Shown here piece after piece: positions 28,974-39,300 of a DNA stretch of 64,000 nt. The notes beneath the pieces were generated by a model that was not told the origin of the DNA, ran no database searches, and saw only the letters and a program-made list of their open reading frames with translations. The translations under genes were made by a program, and so were the position numbers. Position 1 is the stretch's first letter. The number at the start of each line of letters is the position of its first letter. The stretch lies in the NCBI GenBank assembly GCA_015061905.1, contig SUVQ01000008.1:25867-89866 (forward strand), written 5' to 3'. The DNA comes from Verrucomicrobiota bacterium (GTDB lineage: Bacteria; Verrucomicrobiota; Verrucomicrobiia; Opitutales; UBA953).

Positions 28974-29645
28974 TTATGCGTAGACGGTCGGGTCGGGAAG
29001 CCCGGCTTCGCGAAATGCGGCGGCGCGCTCAATGCAGGTTGCGCATTTTCCGCAATGCGCGTTCCCGCCGTTGTAGCAGGACCAAGTGAGATGAAGCGGC
29101 GCGCCGAGCTTTGCACCGAGAGCTACGATTTCGCCTTTGTTCATACCGACAAACGGGCGTTCAAGGCACACGGGATGCCAATCCGAAATGCGGACGACGG
29201 CATCGAGTTTTTCCGCAAATTCCTCGCGGCAATCCGGATAAATCGCGTGATCTCCGCCGTGCGCGGCGTAGGCGATCGTGTCGCATTTTTCGGAAATCGC
29301 CCAAGCCGTGGCGAGCGAGATGAGTAAAAGATTGCGGGCGGGAACGACGGTGTTTTTCATGCCGTCTTCGTTGTAGGCGCCTTCGTAAACGGGAACGTCG
29401 CCGTCGGTGAGGCTGTTTTTTCCGAAAAAAGCGGAAACGGCGCGTAAATCGGCGAGGCGGTATTCTACGCCGTAGTGAGCGCAAACGGCGCGCGCCGCGT
29501 CAATTTCCCGGGCGTGTCGCTGTCCGTAGTGGATGCCCAAGGCGAGCACGCGGCGCTTTTCTGCAACGAGTTTTGCCAAAAGCACCGTCGAGTCCAAACC
29601 TCCGGACAAAAGAACGATGCTGCTTTGCGGATTTTCCAAACTCAT
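28974..29645 (-). CDS. queC: 7-cyano-7-deazaguanine synthase
   Basis: SGGLDST, YGQRH, VPARN, YPDCR, TWSCY, CGKCATC. Confidence 0.97.
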   Translation of the reverse strand: MSLENPQSSIVLLSGGLDSTVLLAKLVAEKRRVLALGIHYGQRHAREIDAARAVCAHYGVEYRLADLRAVSAFFGKNSLTDGDVPVYEGAYNEDGMKNTVVPARNLLLISLATAWAISEKCDTIAYAAHGGDHAIYPDCREEFAEKLDAVVRISDWHPVCLERPFVGMNKGEIVALGAKLGAPLHLTWSCYNGGNAHCGKCATCIERAAAFREAGLPDPTVYA

Positions 29646-29683
29646 AATTGTATCAATTTATTTTTTACACGCCGTTTCGGCAA

Positions 29684-29819
29684 GAGTGGAGGTGTGGAAA
29701 AGTGGAAGAGTGGAAGAGTGGAGGAGTGGAAGAGTGGAGGAGTGGAAGAGTGGAGGAGTGGAAGAGTGGAAGAGTGGAAGAGTGGAGGTGTGGAAAAGCT
29801 TAAGAGCTTAAAAGTTTAG
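29684..29819. repeat. 8-bp tandem repeat (GAGTGGAR x14) followed by 3 AAGCTTAA-like units
   Basis: 14 in-phase units 29684-29795 in the divergent queC/plsY spacer. Confidence 0.97.
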
Positions 29820-29993
29820 TTGTTTCGCAAAGGAAACAAGGAAAAGAATCCTTTTTTTTATTTTATAAAAGTAAAACCCTCGGCTCCGTCGATTAAACAT
29901 TTCAGCTTCTCAGCTCTTAAACATTTGCCGAAGCGTGCTTCGGCAAATTTCAATTTGCGGAAACGCGGGCGGCTCGCGTAGAATTTGCCCGTT

Positions 29994-30656
29994 ATGACAG
30001 AAGTTTTCTTTTCGGCGGCAGCTCTGATTATCGGATATTTTCTCGGCGCGATCCCGTTTGCGGTCATCGTCGCAAAACGCTACGGCGTAAATATTTTGAC
30101 GGCGGGAAGCGGTAATCCCGGCGCGACCAACGTGAAGCGCACTTGCGGGAAATTTGCCGGCAATCTCGTTTTCATTCTCGATATGCTCAAAGGCTTTGTC
30201 GCGGCGTTTTGGCCGTGGTTGCTGATGGGCGCGCTGGAGCCGACCGATCCCGCCGCCGCGCAAAACTGGCCGCACGCGATCGCCGTCGCGCAGCTCTGCG
30301 GCTTTGCGGGAGCGCTTCTCGGGCATTGCTTCTCGATTTTCCTGAAATTTAAAGGCGGGAAGGGCGTTTCGACGACTATCGGCGGGCTTCTCGGCGCGAT
30401 GCCGATTGCCGTGCTCGTCGGCATTGTCGTTTGGCTTGCGGTTTATTTCCCGACGCGCATCGTCGCTGTCGCTTCAATGGTTTTCGGGCTTTCTCTGCCA
30501 CTGACATCGATGATTTTGGCGAAATTTTTCCCGTCGCTCGGCTATACGACGATTCATGTCGGCTTCTGCCTCGTGATTGCGGTTTTCATCATCATCATGC
30601 ATCGTTCGAACATTGTTCGTTTGATGCGCGGCGAAGAAAATTCGTTTAAGAAATAG
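29994..30656 (+). CDS. plsY: Glycerol-3-phosphate acyltransferase PlsY
   Basis: GYFLGAIP, GSGNPGATN, DMLKG, GHCFS, FKGGKGVST, HRSNIVRL. Confidence 0.96.
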   Translation: MTEVFFSAAALIIGYFLGAIPFAVIVAKRYGVNILTAGSGNPGATNVKRTCGKFAGNLVFILDMLKGFVAAFWPWLLMGALEPTDPAAAQNWPHAIAVAQLCGFAGALLGHCFSIFLKFKGGKGVSTTIGGLLGAMPIAVLVGIVVWLAVYFPTRIVAVASMVFGLSLPLTSMILAKFFPSLGYTTIHVGFCLVIAVFIIIMHRSNIVRLMRGEENSFKK

Positions 30657-30691
30657 GATTAAAGTTTAAAGATTAAAGCTTAAAGATTAAA
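30657..30691. repeat. 7-bp tandem repeat (GATTAAA-type x5)
   Basis: gattaaa gtttaaa gattaaa gcttaaa gattaaa directly after the plsY stop. Confidence 0.85.
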
Positions 30692-30797
30692 GAATAGGCG
30701 AAAGATAAGAGCTTAGGAGTGATAGGAATTTGCTGATTTATTTCCCGAAAATACCTGTAAGCACTCATCTATCCTCCATTACCTAAAATAATTAGCT

Positions 30798-32129
30798 ATG
30801 AATAAAACAAAAATCGGTATCGGATTTATCGGCTTCGGCACGGTCGGGCAGGGCGTTTGGAAGCACCTGCAATCACAACGCGAAGAACTCGAAGAACGCC
30901 TTGGCGTTTCGATCGCGTTCCCGAAAATCGCCGTGCGCGATCTCAAGCGCGAACGCGGCGTGAGCGTTCCCGCGGAAGTTTTGACGCTTGACCCGACGGA
31001 AGTCGTCAACCACCCGGATGTGAACATCGTTTGCGAACTCATGGGCGGCACGACGAAGGCGAAAGATTACACGCTCGCCGCACTCAAGCTCGGCAAAGTC
31101 GTCGTTTCCGCGAACAAAGCGCTTATTTACGAATTCGGGCGCGAAGTTTTCGACGCAGTCAAGGCGCACGGCGGGCATTACTACTTTGAAGCATCCGTTG
31201 CCGGCGGGATCCCGATTATCAAAACCCTGCGCGAAGGCTTAGTCGCCAACCGCTTTGAATCCATCGCGGGTATCATCAACGGCACCTGCAATTACATTCT
31301 TTCCCGCATGGAAGCGGAGGGAAAATCCTACGAGGAAATTTTGCAGGACGCGAAAAAACTCGGCTACGTCGAAGCGGACGACCGCCTTGACCTCGACGGC
31401 TGGGACGCGTTTCACAAAGCCGTCATTCTCGCGTTCCTCGCTCACGGGAAATGGGTTTCCGAGCGCGACGCACTCGTCGAAGGCATTCGCAACGTTACGC
31501 TCGAAGACATGCACCGCGCGCGCGACTTCGGCTATCGCATCAAGCTGCTCGGCATGATTCGCCGCAATTTCAAAACCGGCGCGCTCTCGCTCGGCGTTTA
31601 TCCCGCGCTCATTCCGCTCGACAAGACACTCGCACGCGTCGACGGCGTTTACAACGCGATTAAACTTTCCGGCGACGTCGCGGGAACGACAATTCTCATC
31701 GGGCGCGGCGCCGGGCAGGACGCCACTTCCTCCGCCGTCATCAGCGACATCGTCGACGCGATGATCGGCATTCGCGACGACGCGCACAAATTCCTCACAC
31801 CCAGCGACATCGACGCCTGCTACCGCCTCGGCGAAAGCGCGCGCATGGCAACGATGGACGAAATCCGCTCGAAGTTTTACCTGCGCATTTCGATTTTGGA
31901 CGAGCCGGGAACGCTCGTCGGATTCTATTCCGTGCTCGCCAAACACGGCGTTTCCGTCGCCCGCGTCGTTACTTACGAACATCCGGGCGAACGCCGCGGC
32001 ACGATTACGCTCGCGACGTATCCGACCTCGGAAGCCGTCATGGAACGCGTTGTCGACGAGCTTAAAACGCTCCCGCAAATTCTCACCGCGCCGCTTCTGC
32101 TCCGCATCTACGAGCCGACCCGCGAGTAA
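30798..32129 (+). CDS. hom: Homoserine dehydrogenase with ACT domain
   Basis: GFGTVGQG, VVSANK, FEASVAGGIPII, GIINGTCNYIL, GRGAG; C-terminal ACT. Confidence 0.96.
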   Translation: MNKTKIGIGFIGFGTVGQGVWKHLQSQREELEERLGVSIAFPKIAVRDLKRERGVSVPAEVLTLDPTEVVNHPDVNIVCELMGGTTKAKDYTLAALKLGKVVVSANKALIYEFGREVFDAVKAHGGHYYFEASVAGGIPIIKTLREGLVANRFESIAGIINGTCNYILSRMEAEGKSYEEILQDAKKLGYVEADDRLDLDGWDAFHKAVILAFLAHGKWVSERDALVEGIRNVTLEDMHRARDFGYRIKLLGMIRRNFKTGALSLGVYPALIPLDKTLARVDGVYNAIKLSGDVAGTTILIGRGAGQDATSSAVISDIVDAMIGIRDDAHKFLTPSDIDACYRLGESARMATMDEIRSKFYLRISILDEPGTLVGFYSVLAKHGVSVARVVTYEHPGERRGTITLATYPTSEAVMERVVDELKTLPQILTAPLLLRIYEPTRE

Positions 32130-32180
32130 GACACTTTTTTACGGAAGCGACACAGAAACAGGAAGCCGCTTTTTCATAGG

Positions 32181-32212
32181 AGAACAGCCGTCCCCGGCTG
32201 TTCTTTTTTTTT
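32181..32212 (+). terminator. Rho-independent terminator after hom
   Basis: agaacagccg-tccc-cggctgttct + T-run. Confidence 0.85.
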
Positions 32213-32235
32213 GTCTAAAATACCTGCGGAGTCAT

Positions 32236-32389
32236 CGTTCCATTGCGCCGCGGGAACCTCGGGGCGCGAATGCGTTCCCGTCGCGGCGCGCTTCTATATT
32301 CCTTTTACCCGGGGCGGCGACTCGCTTCGCTCGCCTGCCCCGGGTTGATTTCTTACGCCCCGTTGGGGCTTGTTTTTACCTTAAAAAAA
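32236..32389. repeat. ~154-bp REP-like multi-hairpin element, copy 1
   Basis: Direct repeat of 35764-35917; hairpins gcgccgcgggaac..gttcccgtcgcggcgc and cccggggc..gccccggg. Confidence 0.9.
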
Positions 32390-32395
32390 TAAAAA

Positions 32396-32448
32396 AGCTC
32401 CTCCCCTTGATAAGGGGAGGGGGCGCCGCAGGCGTGGCGGAGGAGTCA
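32396..32448. repeat. CTCCCCTT..AAGGGGAG hairpin repeat element
   Basis: Near-identical to 35542-35598. Confidence 0.85.
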
Positions 32449-32640
32449 AAAATTAACTTCGCGACCTTGCGTGAAATGTTTTTTTGAAATCTCGCGCCAA
32501 GCCGCCAAGCGTTTGGAAGATTTTTAATAAAAACTCTGTGGCTCTGTGTCTCCGTGAGAACTTCTTAAAAAAACTTCGCGACCTTGCGTCTTTGCGCGAA
32601 CTTCTCCTCAAAAAAAACACGTTCCCGCCGCAAATTTCCC

Positions 32641-32668
32641 TTGCGTCCGTTTTTTTTTTTCATAAAAT
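32641..32668 (+). promoter_or_regulatory. Putative sigma70 promoter with T11 tract in the spacer
   Basis: TTGCGT (32641) - ccg T11 ca - TAAAAT (32663). Confidence 0.55.
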
Positions 32669-32748
32669 CCAAAAAATAAAAGGGACAAATATGCCATGTC
32701 CCTTTTCCCAATTTAACAATACTACACACCACTTAATCATTACAAGCT

Positions 32749-35394
32749 ATGAAGACCTCAAAATTCTTCTTTTCTACCCTCATTGCAGCCTCCGCAATGA
32801 CCGCCACCGCGTATGCGGGATATGTATGGAATGGAGGCGAAACAATCACGCAGGATCTCTGGCAAGCTCAAGATAGTTGGTCTTTGACTGATAGCTCTAC
32901 TTGGACCGGTTCAGGGACCGGTCCGGGAACACCAGACTCTAACATGTGGGAACTGATTAGCATTTCTAACTCCAAGGGTGAAATTAGCGTGTTGGAGGGC
33001 TGGAATCTTCGACTTTCTCTTGTCGGGAGTGAGCTTACGGTTGATTCGTTGAAAAAATTCCAAGGCGGCTCCTGTTCCGTTAGTTTGGATGCGGACTCCG
33101 TCCTTACAATCAGCAATTTTAATGGAGGAAATGACGGCGGTTCAATTACCTTAGATAACGAAGGCATTTTTAATCTTGCTTACGGCAAAAGCCAAGGGGG
33201 AGAAGGATTTGTTGCAGATCTTGGAGAGACGGGGATTATGAAACTCACGTCTGTGAGTGGTTCGTACACGGCGAAGATTAAGAGCCTTTCTGCGGTGTTG
33301 GGGACAACAGAAGAAACTGAAACTAAAGGGGGAGTTGTTCTTTCGAATTATCGTAATTTGATTACGCTTGGCTCAGGAATGTCGTTTGATAACACCGTAA
33401 CAACATTTTCTTTCACAAATGCCGATGGCGCAGATATTACGGTGAGGGATTTATCGGAGATTTTTGAAGCCGGAATTTCTAAAAACGACGACGGAACCTA
33501 CGGAATGAAGGTCGAAGAAGGATGGTTTCTACTAAAAGACACCTCTGGCTATTCCGTGGGGTATACAGCAGGCGATTCGGTACTCGCTTTGATTTGGAAC
33601 GGTGTAGATGGATCTACATGGAATACGACGGATGCTAATTGGACAGAATCCGAAGGAGGGGAATCTAAGGTTTTTGCTAATGGCGGGAACGTTGTCTTTG
33701 ATAAAGATGCAAATGTTGTGGTAGATTCCGCAGGTGTATCTACTACTTGTGTCGGCGTGTTTGGCGGTACGGTAACGTTGTCTGGCGGTAAAGTAACGAC
33801 TCAATATATTTCTATCGAAGAAGGTGCTACATTAAAACTTGGTGGTGAAGAAGTCGTTTCCGGAACGATTGTTGTGAAAACCGGAGGAACGTTTGACTTG
33901 AATGGTTCCTCTAACGGATTTTCGTATGCAGGAGGATCTGTTGTTCTTGACGGAGGATTTTTGACAAATACGGGAGACTCTGTTGGAATCGGGGACAGGC
34001 AATTGTATACGCTTGTTTTGACGGCTGATTCGACGATTGGCGGTGGAAACGAGTTTGGTATTGTCGGGAGTGGTCATGGGGTAACGACTGCAAGCCTCGG
34101 AGGTTTCACACTGACAAAAGTCGGTTCAGGAACGGTATTATTTGCGAACAATACACTTTCAAACGGCGTTTTGGATGTCGCAGAAGGTGTCATCTCCGAT
34201 GGAGGAAAAGGGCTGACGATTGCGAACGATGCGACGTTGAAAGTGTCTGGTGGCTCCCTGAATATTACCGGTGGTTTCACGAATAACGGAACGTTGGAGT
34301 TTGCTGCGGATTATACCTATTCAGGATCAACACTTTCCGGTGGAACCCTTAAGGTTACTGGTGGAACGGCAGAGATTGCCGGAACAGCAAGTGTCAAAGT
34401 TGTGAATATCTCCGGCGGAACATTGAATGTCGGAGACGGTGGTATTCTAACGGTTAATGATAACACTAGCCTGTCCGGTGGGGATGCCGTAATCGGAACG
34501 ATTAATGTTCTGGCAGGCGGTACTGCCAAATTTTCTGGGCACGACCTCATGGGTTGGAGCCGACGAGACAATGTGATTGCTAGCTTGACTGGTTCTGAAG
34601 CGAAGACAGCGACGCTCATGCTCAACGATACGGGAAATCTTACGTTCACTTCTGATATTGAGCTGAACGGGAATGCGCGCGTTACGACAGATCGAGCCGA
34701 AGGTTCGATGTTGAATACCTTGGGCGGTCGGTTTATTGCAACCGGAACAAACAATGAAATTTCATCTATTGAGATTCAATTAAGAAATGCAGACCTCGAA
34801 GTGAAGGTTACTGACCGAGGTGATGAATTGAAAATCTCCAGCGCGATTGTAAATCACGCCGAAGGTTCTTCCGGCTTGAAAAAGACTGGCAGCGGGACAT
34901 TGGTTTTGTCCGGAGAAAATACATATACGCGTGCAACGGTCGTTGAAGCGGGAACGTTGGTTGCGGCAAGCACAAGTGCGCTTGGTAGCGGAACCGTTTC
35001 TGTGGCGAATGGTGCTAAGTTGCAGATTTCGGTTGAAAACGTTGATGCGGGAACAATCAATTTGGCTTCCGGCGCAACGCTTGTTGTCGACTTGGCTGAT
35101 TTTGCGGATGTGCTTGATGCAGACAATGAAATGCTGACGATTCTGACGGGAACGACTTTGTCCTTTGGAGATGTCGCTGCGGCATCGGACACGCTGACGA
35201 CGGAGCAATTGGGTTATTTGTCGGTTACGGACAGCTCCGGGGCATTTTCCAAATATGTAAATAAGGAATGGTCGTATGCCGGAAATACGCTTTCGCTCAC
35301 ACTTACGATTCCCGAGCCGTCGGCGTTCGGATTGTTGGCGGGCGTGGGCGCGTTGGCGTTGGTGGCGTCGCGTCGTCGGCGTTCCCGTCGCTAA
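32749..35394 (+). CDS. Large PEP-CTERM protein with autotransporter-associated beta-strand repeats
   Basis: Signal peptide; LTKVGSGT and LKKTGSGTLVLSGENTYTRATVVEAGTL; C-terminal IPEPSAFGLLAGVGALALVASRRRRSRR. Confidence 0.93.
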   Translation: MKTSKFFFSTLIAASAMTATAYAGYVWNGGETITQDLWQAQDSWSLTDSSTWTGSGTGPGTPDSNMWELISISNSKGEISVLEGWNLRLSLVGSELTVDSLKKFQGGSCSVSLDADSVLTISNFNGGNDGGSITLDNEGIFNLAYGKSQGGEGFVADLGETGIMKLTSVSGSYTAKIKSLSAVLGTTEETETKGGVVLSNYRNLITLGSGMSFDNTVTTFSFTNADGADITVRDLSEIFEAGISKNDDGTYGMKVEEGWFLLKDTSGYSVGYTAGDSVLALIWNGVDGSTWNTTDANWTESEGGESKVFANGGNVVFDKDANVVVDSAGVSTTCVGVFGGTVTLSGGKVTTQYISIEEGATLKLGGEEVVSGTIVVKTGGTFDLNGSSNGFSYAGGSVVLDGGFLTNTGDSVGIGDRQLYTLVLTADSTIGGGNEFGIVGSGHGVTTASLGGFTLTKVGSGTVLFANNTLSNGVLDVAEGVISDGGKGLTIANDATLKVSGGSLNITGGFTNNGTLEFAADYTYSGSTLSGGTLKVTGGTAEIAGTASVKVVNISGGTLNVGDGGILTVNDNTSLSGGDAVIGTINVLAGGTAKFSGHDLMGWSRRDNVIASLTGSEAKTATLMLNDTGNLTFTSDIELNGNARVTTDRAEGSMLNTLGGRFIATGTNNEISSIEIQLRNADLEVKVTDRGDELKISSAIVNHAEGSSGLKKTGSGTLVLSGENTYTRATVVEAGTLVAASTSALGSGTVSVANGAKLQISVENVDAGTINLASGATLVVDLADFADVLDADNEMLTILTGTTLSFGDVAAASDTLTTEQLGYLSVTDSSGAFSKYVNKEWSYAGNTLSLTLTIPEPSAFGLLAGVGALALVASRRRRSRR

Positions 35395-35395
35395 A

Positions 35396-35598
35396 GAACG
35401 CCCTCACCATGCTTCGCATGGACCCCTCCCTCTTAGCAAAAGGGAGAGCTTCTGATAATCCTTAAAAATAAAACAAAAAACTAAAGCTTCTCCCTTGGTA
35501 AGAGGGAGTGCTTTTTAAAAAATCTAAAAAAGGAAATCAGAAGCTCCTCCCCTTGGTAAGGGGAGGGGGACCGCGCCGAAGGCGTGGTGGAGGAGTCA
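35396..35598. repeat. Cluster of CCCTCACC..CCCTC..GAGGGAG hairpin repeats (3 copies, mixed orientation)
   Basis: 35396-35451, ~35484-35512 and 35542-35598; related copies at 36078-36138 and 32396-32448. Confidence 0.8.
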
Positions 35599-35763
35599 GA
35601 AAGACTTTTCGGAGCGGGGCTTAGCCTTGCTTCGGATACATAGATTAATGAAGTTAGTTGTGGCGTTCCCGTCTGTTTGGCGGGAGCGCTTTTTTTTTTA
35701 TCCACAAATTTTCACAAAGTTCACGAATTTTTTTTTGTGGTTTTATCGGGAGAAAAAACTCGC

Positions 35764-35917
35764 CGTTCTATTGCGCCGCGGGAGCGTCGGGGAGCGAATG
35801 CGTTCCCGTCGCGGCGCGGTTTTTTTTATTCTGTTACCCGGGGCGGCGACTCGCTACGCTCGCTTGCCCCGGGCTATTTTCTTTCGCCCCGTTTCGGCTT
35901 GTTTTTACCTTAAAAAA
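35764..35917. repeat. ~154-bp REP-like multi-hairpin element, copy 2
   Basis: Aligns end to end with 32236-32389, both ending cttgtttttaccttaaaaaaa. Confidence 0.9.
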
Positions 35918-36329
35918 ACAGGCGGGACGCCTGTTCTCCTTTAAATAGCGGGTTGCTCCTCCGGTGAAAAAATCAAAAGAAAAACAAATTTCCGTGCGGG
36001 TCCGTGTTTTCCGTGGTTCATAAAAAAAACTCTGCGTTTCTCTACGTGTTCTGCGAGAGATTTTTTGTTTTTCTTCCGAACGCCCTCACCGCTGCGCTAC
36101 GCTTGCGGTCCCCTCCCTCTTACTAAGAGGGAGAGCTTTTTTTTTTGTCCGAAATGTAATTTATTTTTATATACACATTTCCGCGGCTGATTTTTTTTTC
36201 AAAAAAATACGTTCCGGCATAAAGTCTCTTGCGTTCTCTTCGTTTTACGTTTTAATCAATGCGGTAGCCCGAGGATGCGCATTGCTCCGACGGTGAAAAT
36301 TTTCTATTTCAATCGATTTACCAAAATAT

Positions 36330-39300
36330 ATGGCAAAAAAAGCTCCGGCCGAAAAAAGCACGAAATTCGTTTACGAATTCGGCAAAAAGACTGACGGGAA
36401 CGCGCAAATGCGCAATTTACTTGGCGGGAAAGGCGCCAACCTCGCTGAAATGGCGCGCATCGGCTTGCCGGTGCCTCCGGGTTTCACAATCAGCACGGAA
36501 GTCTGCACGTATTATTACGAAAACAAAAAGACTTATCCGAAAACGCTCATGGCGGACGTGCGCGATGCCGTTGCCAACATTGAAAAGCAGCTCGGCAAAA
36601 AATTCGGCGATGCTACCGGGTTCCCGCTGCTTGTTGCCGTGCGTTCCGGTGCCCGCGAGTCGATGCCGGGCATGATGGACACGATTTTGAACCTCGGTTT
36701 GAACGACGAAACCGTTGAGGCTCTTGCCCGCGTTACGAACAACGAGCGTTTTGCTTGGGACTGCTACCGTCGCTTCGTCCAGATGTATGGCGACGTCGTT
36801 CTCGGTGTGCAAAAACTTCCGAACGAAGATCACGAACCGTTTGAAAGCGTTATCGAAGCCGTTAAAACGGAAATGCTCGAAAACCCGAACGCGAGCGATA
36901 CGGAACTCGGCGTTGTCGAACTCCGCGAACTCGTTTTCCGCTTCAAAAAATTAATCAAAGACCGCACGGGAAGTGATTTCCCGACGGATCCGTGGAAGCA
37001 ACTTGAAGGCGCAATCGGTGCGGTTTTCGGCTCGTGGATGAATGAGCGTGCGATTATTTACCGCCAGAAATATCACATTCCGTCCAGCTGGGGCACGGCG
37101 GTCAATGTTCAGTCCATGGTTTTTGGGAACACGGGCGACAAGTCCGGCTCCGGCGTGGCGTTCACGCGCGACCCGGCGAGCGGAGAAAAAGTTTTCTACG
37201 GAGAATTTTTGATGAATGCGCAGGGCGAAGACGTGGTTGCCGGCGTGCGCACGCCCGATCCCGTCGCGCATCTTGCGAGTGTAATGCCTTCCGCGCACAA
37301 GCAGTTGCTCGGCATTTGCAAAACGCTGGAAAATCACTTCCGCGACATGCAGGACTTTGAATTTACGATTGAAGATTCCAAGGTTTTCATGCTTCAAACC
37401 CGCAACGGCAAGCGCACGGGCGTGGCAGCGATTCGTATTGCCTGCGAAATGGTTCGCGAAAAGCTTATTGACTGGAAAACGGCAGTGCGCCGCGTTCCCG
37501 CCGATCAGCTCGACCAGGTTTTGGCTCCCGTGTTTGACCGCAAGGCACTCAAGGGCGCAACGTCTATCGCGCACGGGCTTCCCGCCGGACCGGGTGCTGC
37601 CTCCGGAAAAGTTTATTTCAATGCGGAGCGCGCGGAAGCGGCTGCCGCCAACGGCGAAAAAGTTTTGCTCGTTCGCCTCGAAACCTCGCCGGAAGATTTG
37701 CGCGGCATGATCGCGGCGGAAGGGATTTTGACGGCGCGCGGAGGCGTTTCCTCGCACGCGGCACTTGTTGCCCGCCAAATGGGTAAGGTTTGCGTCAGCG
37801 GCGCGTCTGCAATCGATATCGACTACGCGAACCGCGCGCTTTCCGTCGGCGACGTTTCCGTCAAGGAAGGCGAATGGATGAGTATCGACGGCACGACCGG
37901 AGATGTTTATCTCGGGCAAATCGCCACGGCTCCGAGCGACGTTATTCTCGGTGTCGTTCGCGGGAACGAAGAGGCGAAAAAATCCGCCACTTACAAAAAT
38001 TTCGCTCAGTTGATGGCGTGGTGTAAAAAGGTAACGCGCCTCGGTGTCCGCACGAACGCGGACGCACCGTCGCAAACGGCTGTCGCGGTTGCTTTCGGCG
38101 CGCAGGGGATCGGTCTTACCCGCACGGAACACATGTTCTTCGAGGGCGATCGTATCGACTCCGTGCGCGAGATGATTCTCGCGACGGATTTGGAAGGGCG
38201 TCGCACCGCCGTCAACAAGTTGCTTCCGTATCAGCGCGGCGACTTTGAAGGCATTTTCCGTGAACTGAAAGGCTTGCCGGCAACGATTCGCCTGCTCGAC
38301 CCGCCGTTGCACGAATTCCTTCCGCAAACGAAAGAGCAGCAGCTTGACCTTGCGAAAAAGCTCGGCGTTCCCGTCGAACACATTCAGCGTCGCGTAGCCG
38401 AGCTTCATGAATTCAATCCGATGCTCGGGCATCGCGGTTGCCGCCTCGGAATTTCCTATCCGGAAATTACGGAAATGCAGGCGCGCGCGATTTTTGAAGC
38501 GGCGGCAAATTGCATTAAGGAAAAAATTCGCGTTGCTCCGGAAGTGATGATCCCGCTCGTCGGTTTTGCGGCGGAATTTAAAAATCAGGCGGCAGTCGTT
38601 CGCCGCGTCGCCGCCGAAGTCATGGCGGAAAAGAAGGTGAAAATTTCTTACAAGGTCGGCACGATGATTGAAATTCCGCGCGCTTGCGCGACGGCGGACA
38701 AGATTGCCGAAGATGCGGAATTTTTCTCCTTCGGAACGAACGACCTGACGCAAACCTCGCTCGGTATGAGCCGCGACGACTCCGGCTCGTTCCTCGGTGA
38801 TTACACGCGCTTGGAAATCGTGAAGCGCAATCCGTTTGCGTCTATCGACCAGGAAGGCGTCGGCGCGATGATGAAGCTCGGCGTTTCGCTCGGGCGCCAA
38901 TCGCGTCCGGACATCAAGCTTGGTATTTGCGGCGAACACGGCGGCGATCCCGAATCCGTGAAATTCTGCCATCGCATCGGTTTAACCTATGTCAGTTGCT
39001 CTCCTTACCGTGTGCCGACGGCTCGCCTCGCGGCGGCTCAGGCGGCGATTGAGGAGGAAATTTCGTTAACCCAACCCCAAACTAATACTATGGCTACAGC
39101 AAAAACCACGAAGAAACCGGCTGCCAAAGCGGCTCCGGCGAAAAAAGCTCCGGCTAAGAAGGCGGCTCCCGCCAAGAAACCGGCAGCGAAGAAGGCGGCT
39201 CCGGCGAAGAAACCGGCTCCTGCCAAAAAACCGGTTGCCAAAAAGGCTCCTGCCAAAGCGGCTCCGGCGAAGAAAGCTCCGGCTAAGAAAGCGGCTCCCG

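Noticed and set aside
29475-29819. ORFs with KSGRVEEW / VEEWRSG repeats
   Set aside because: They are translations of the 8-bp tandem array, overlap queC antisense and lack a credible start.
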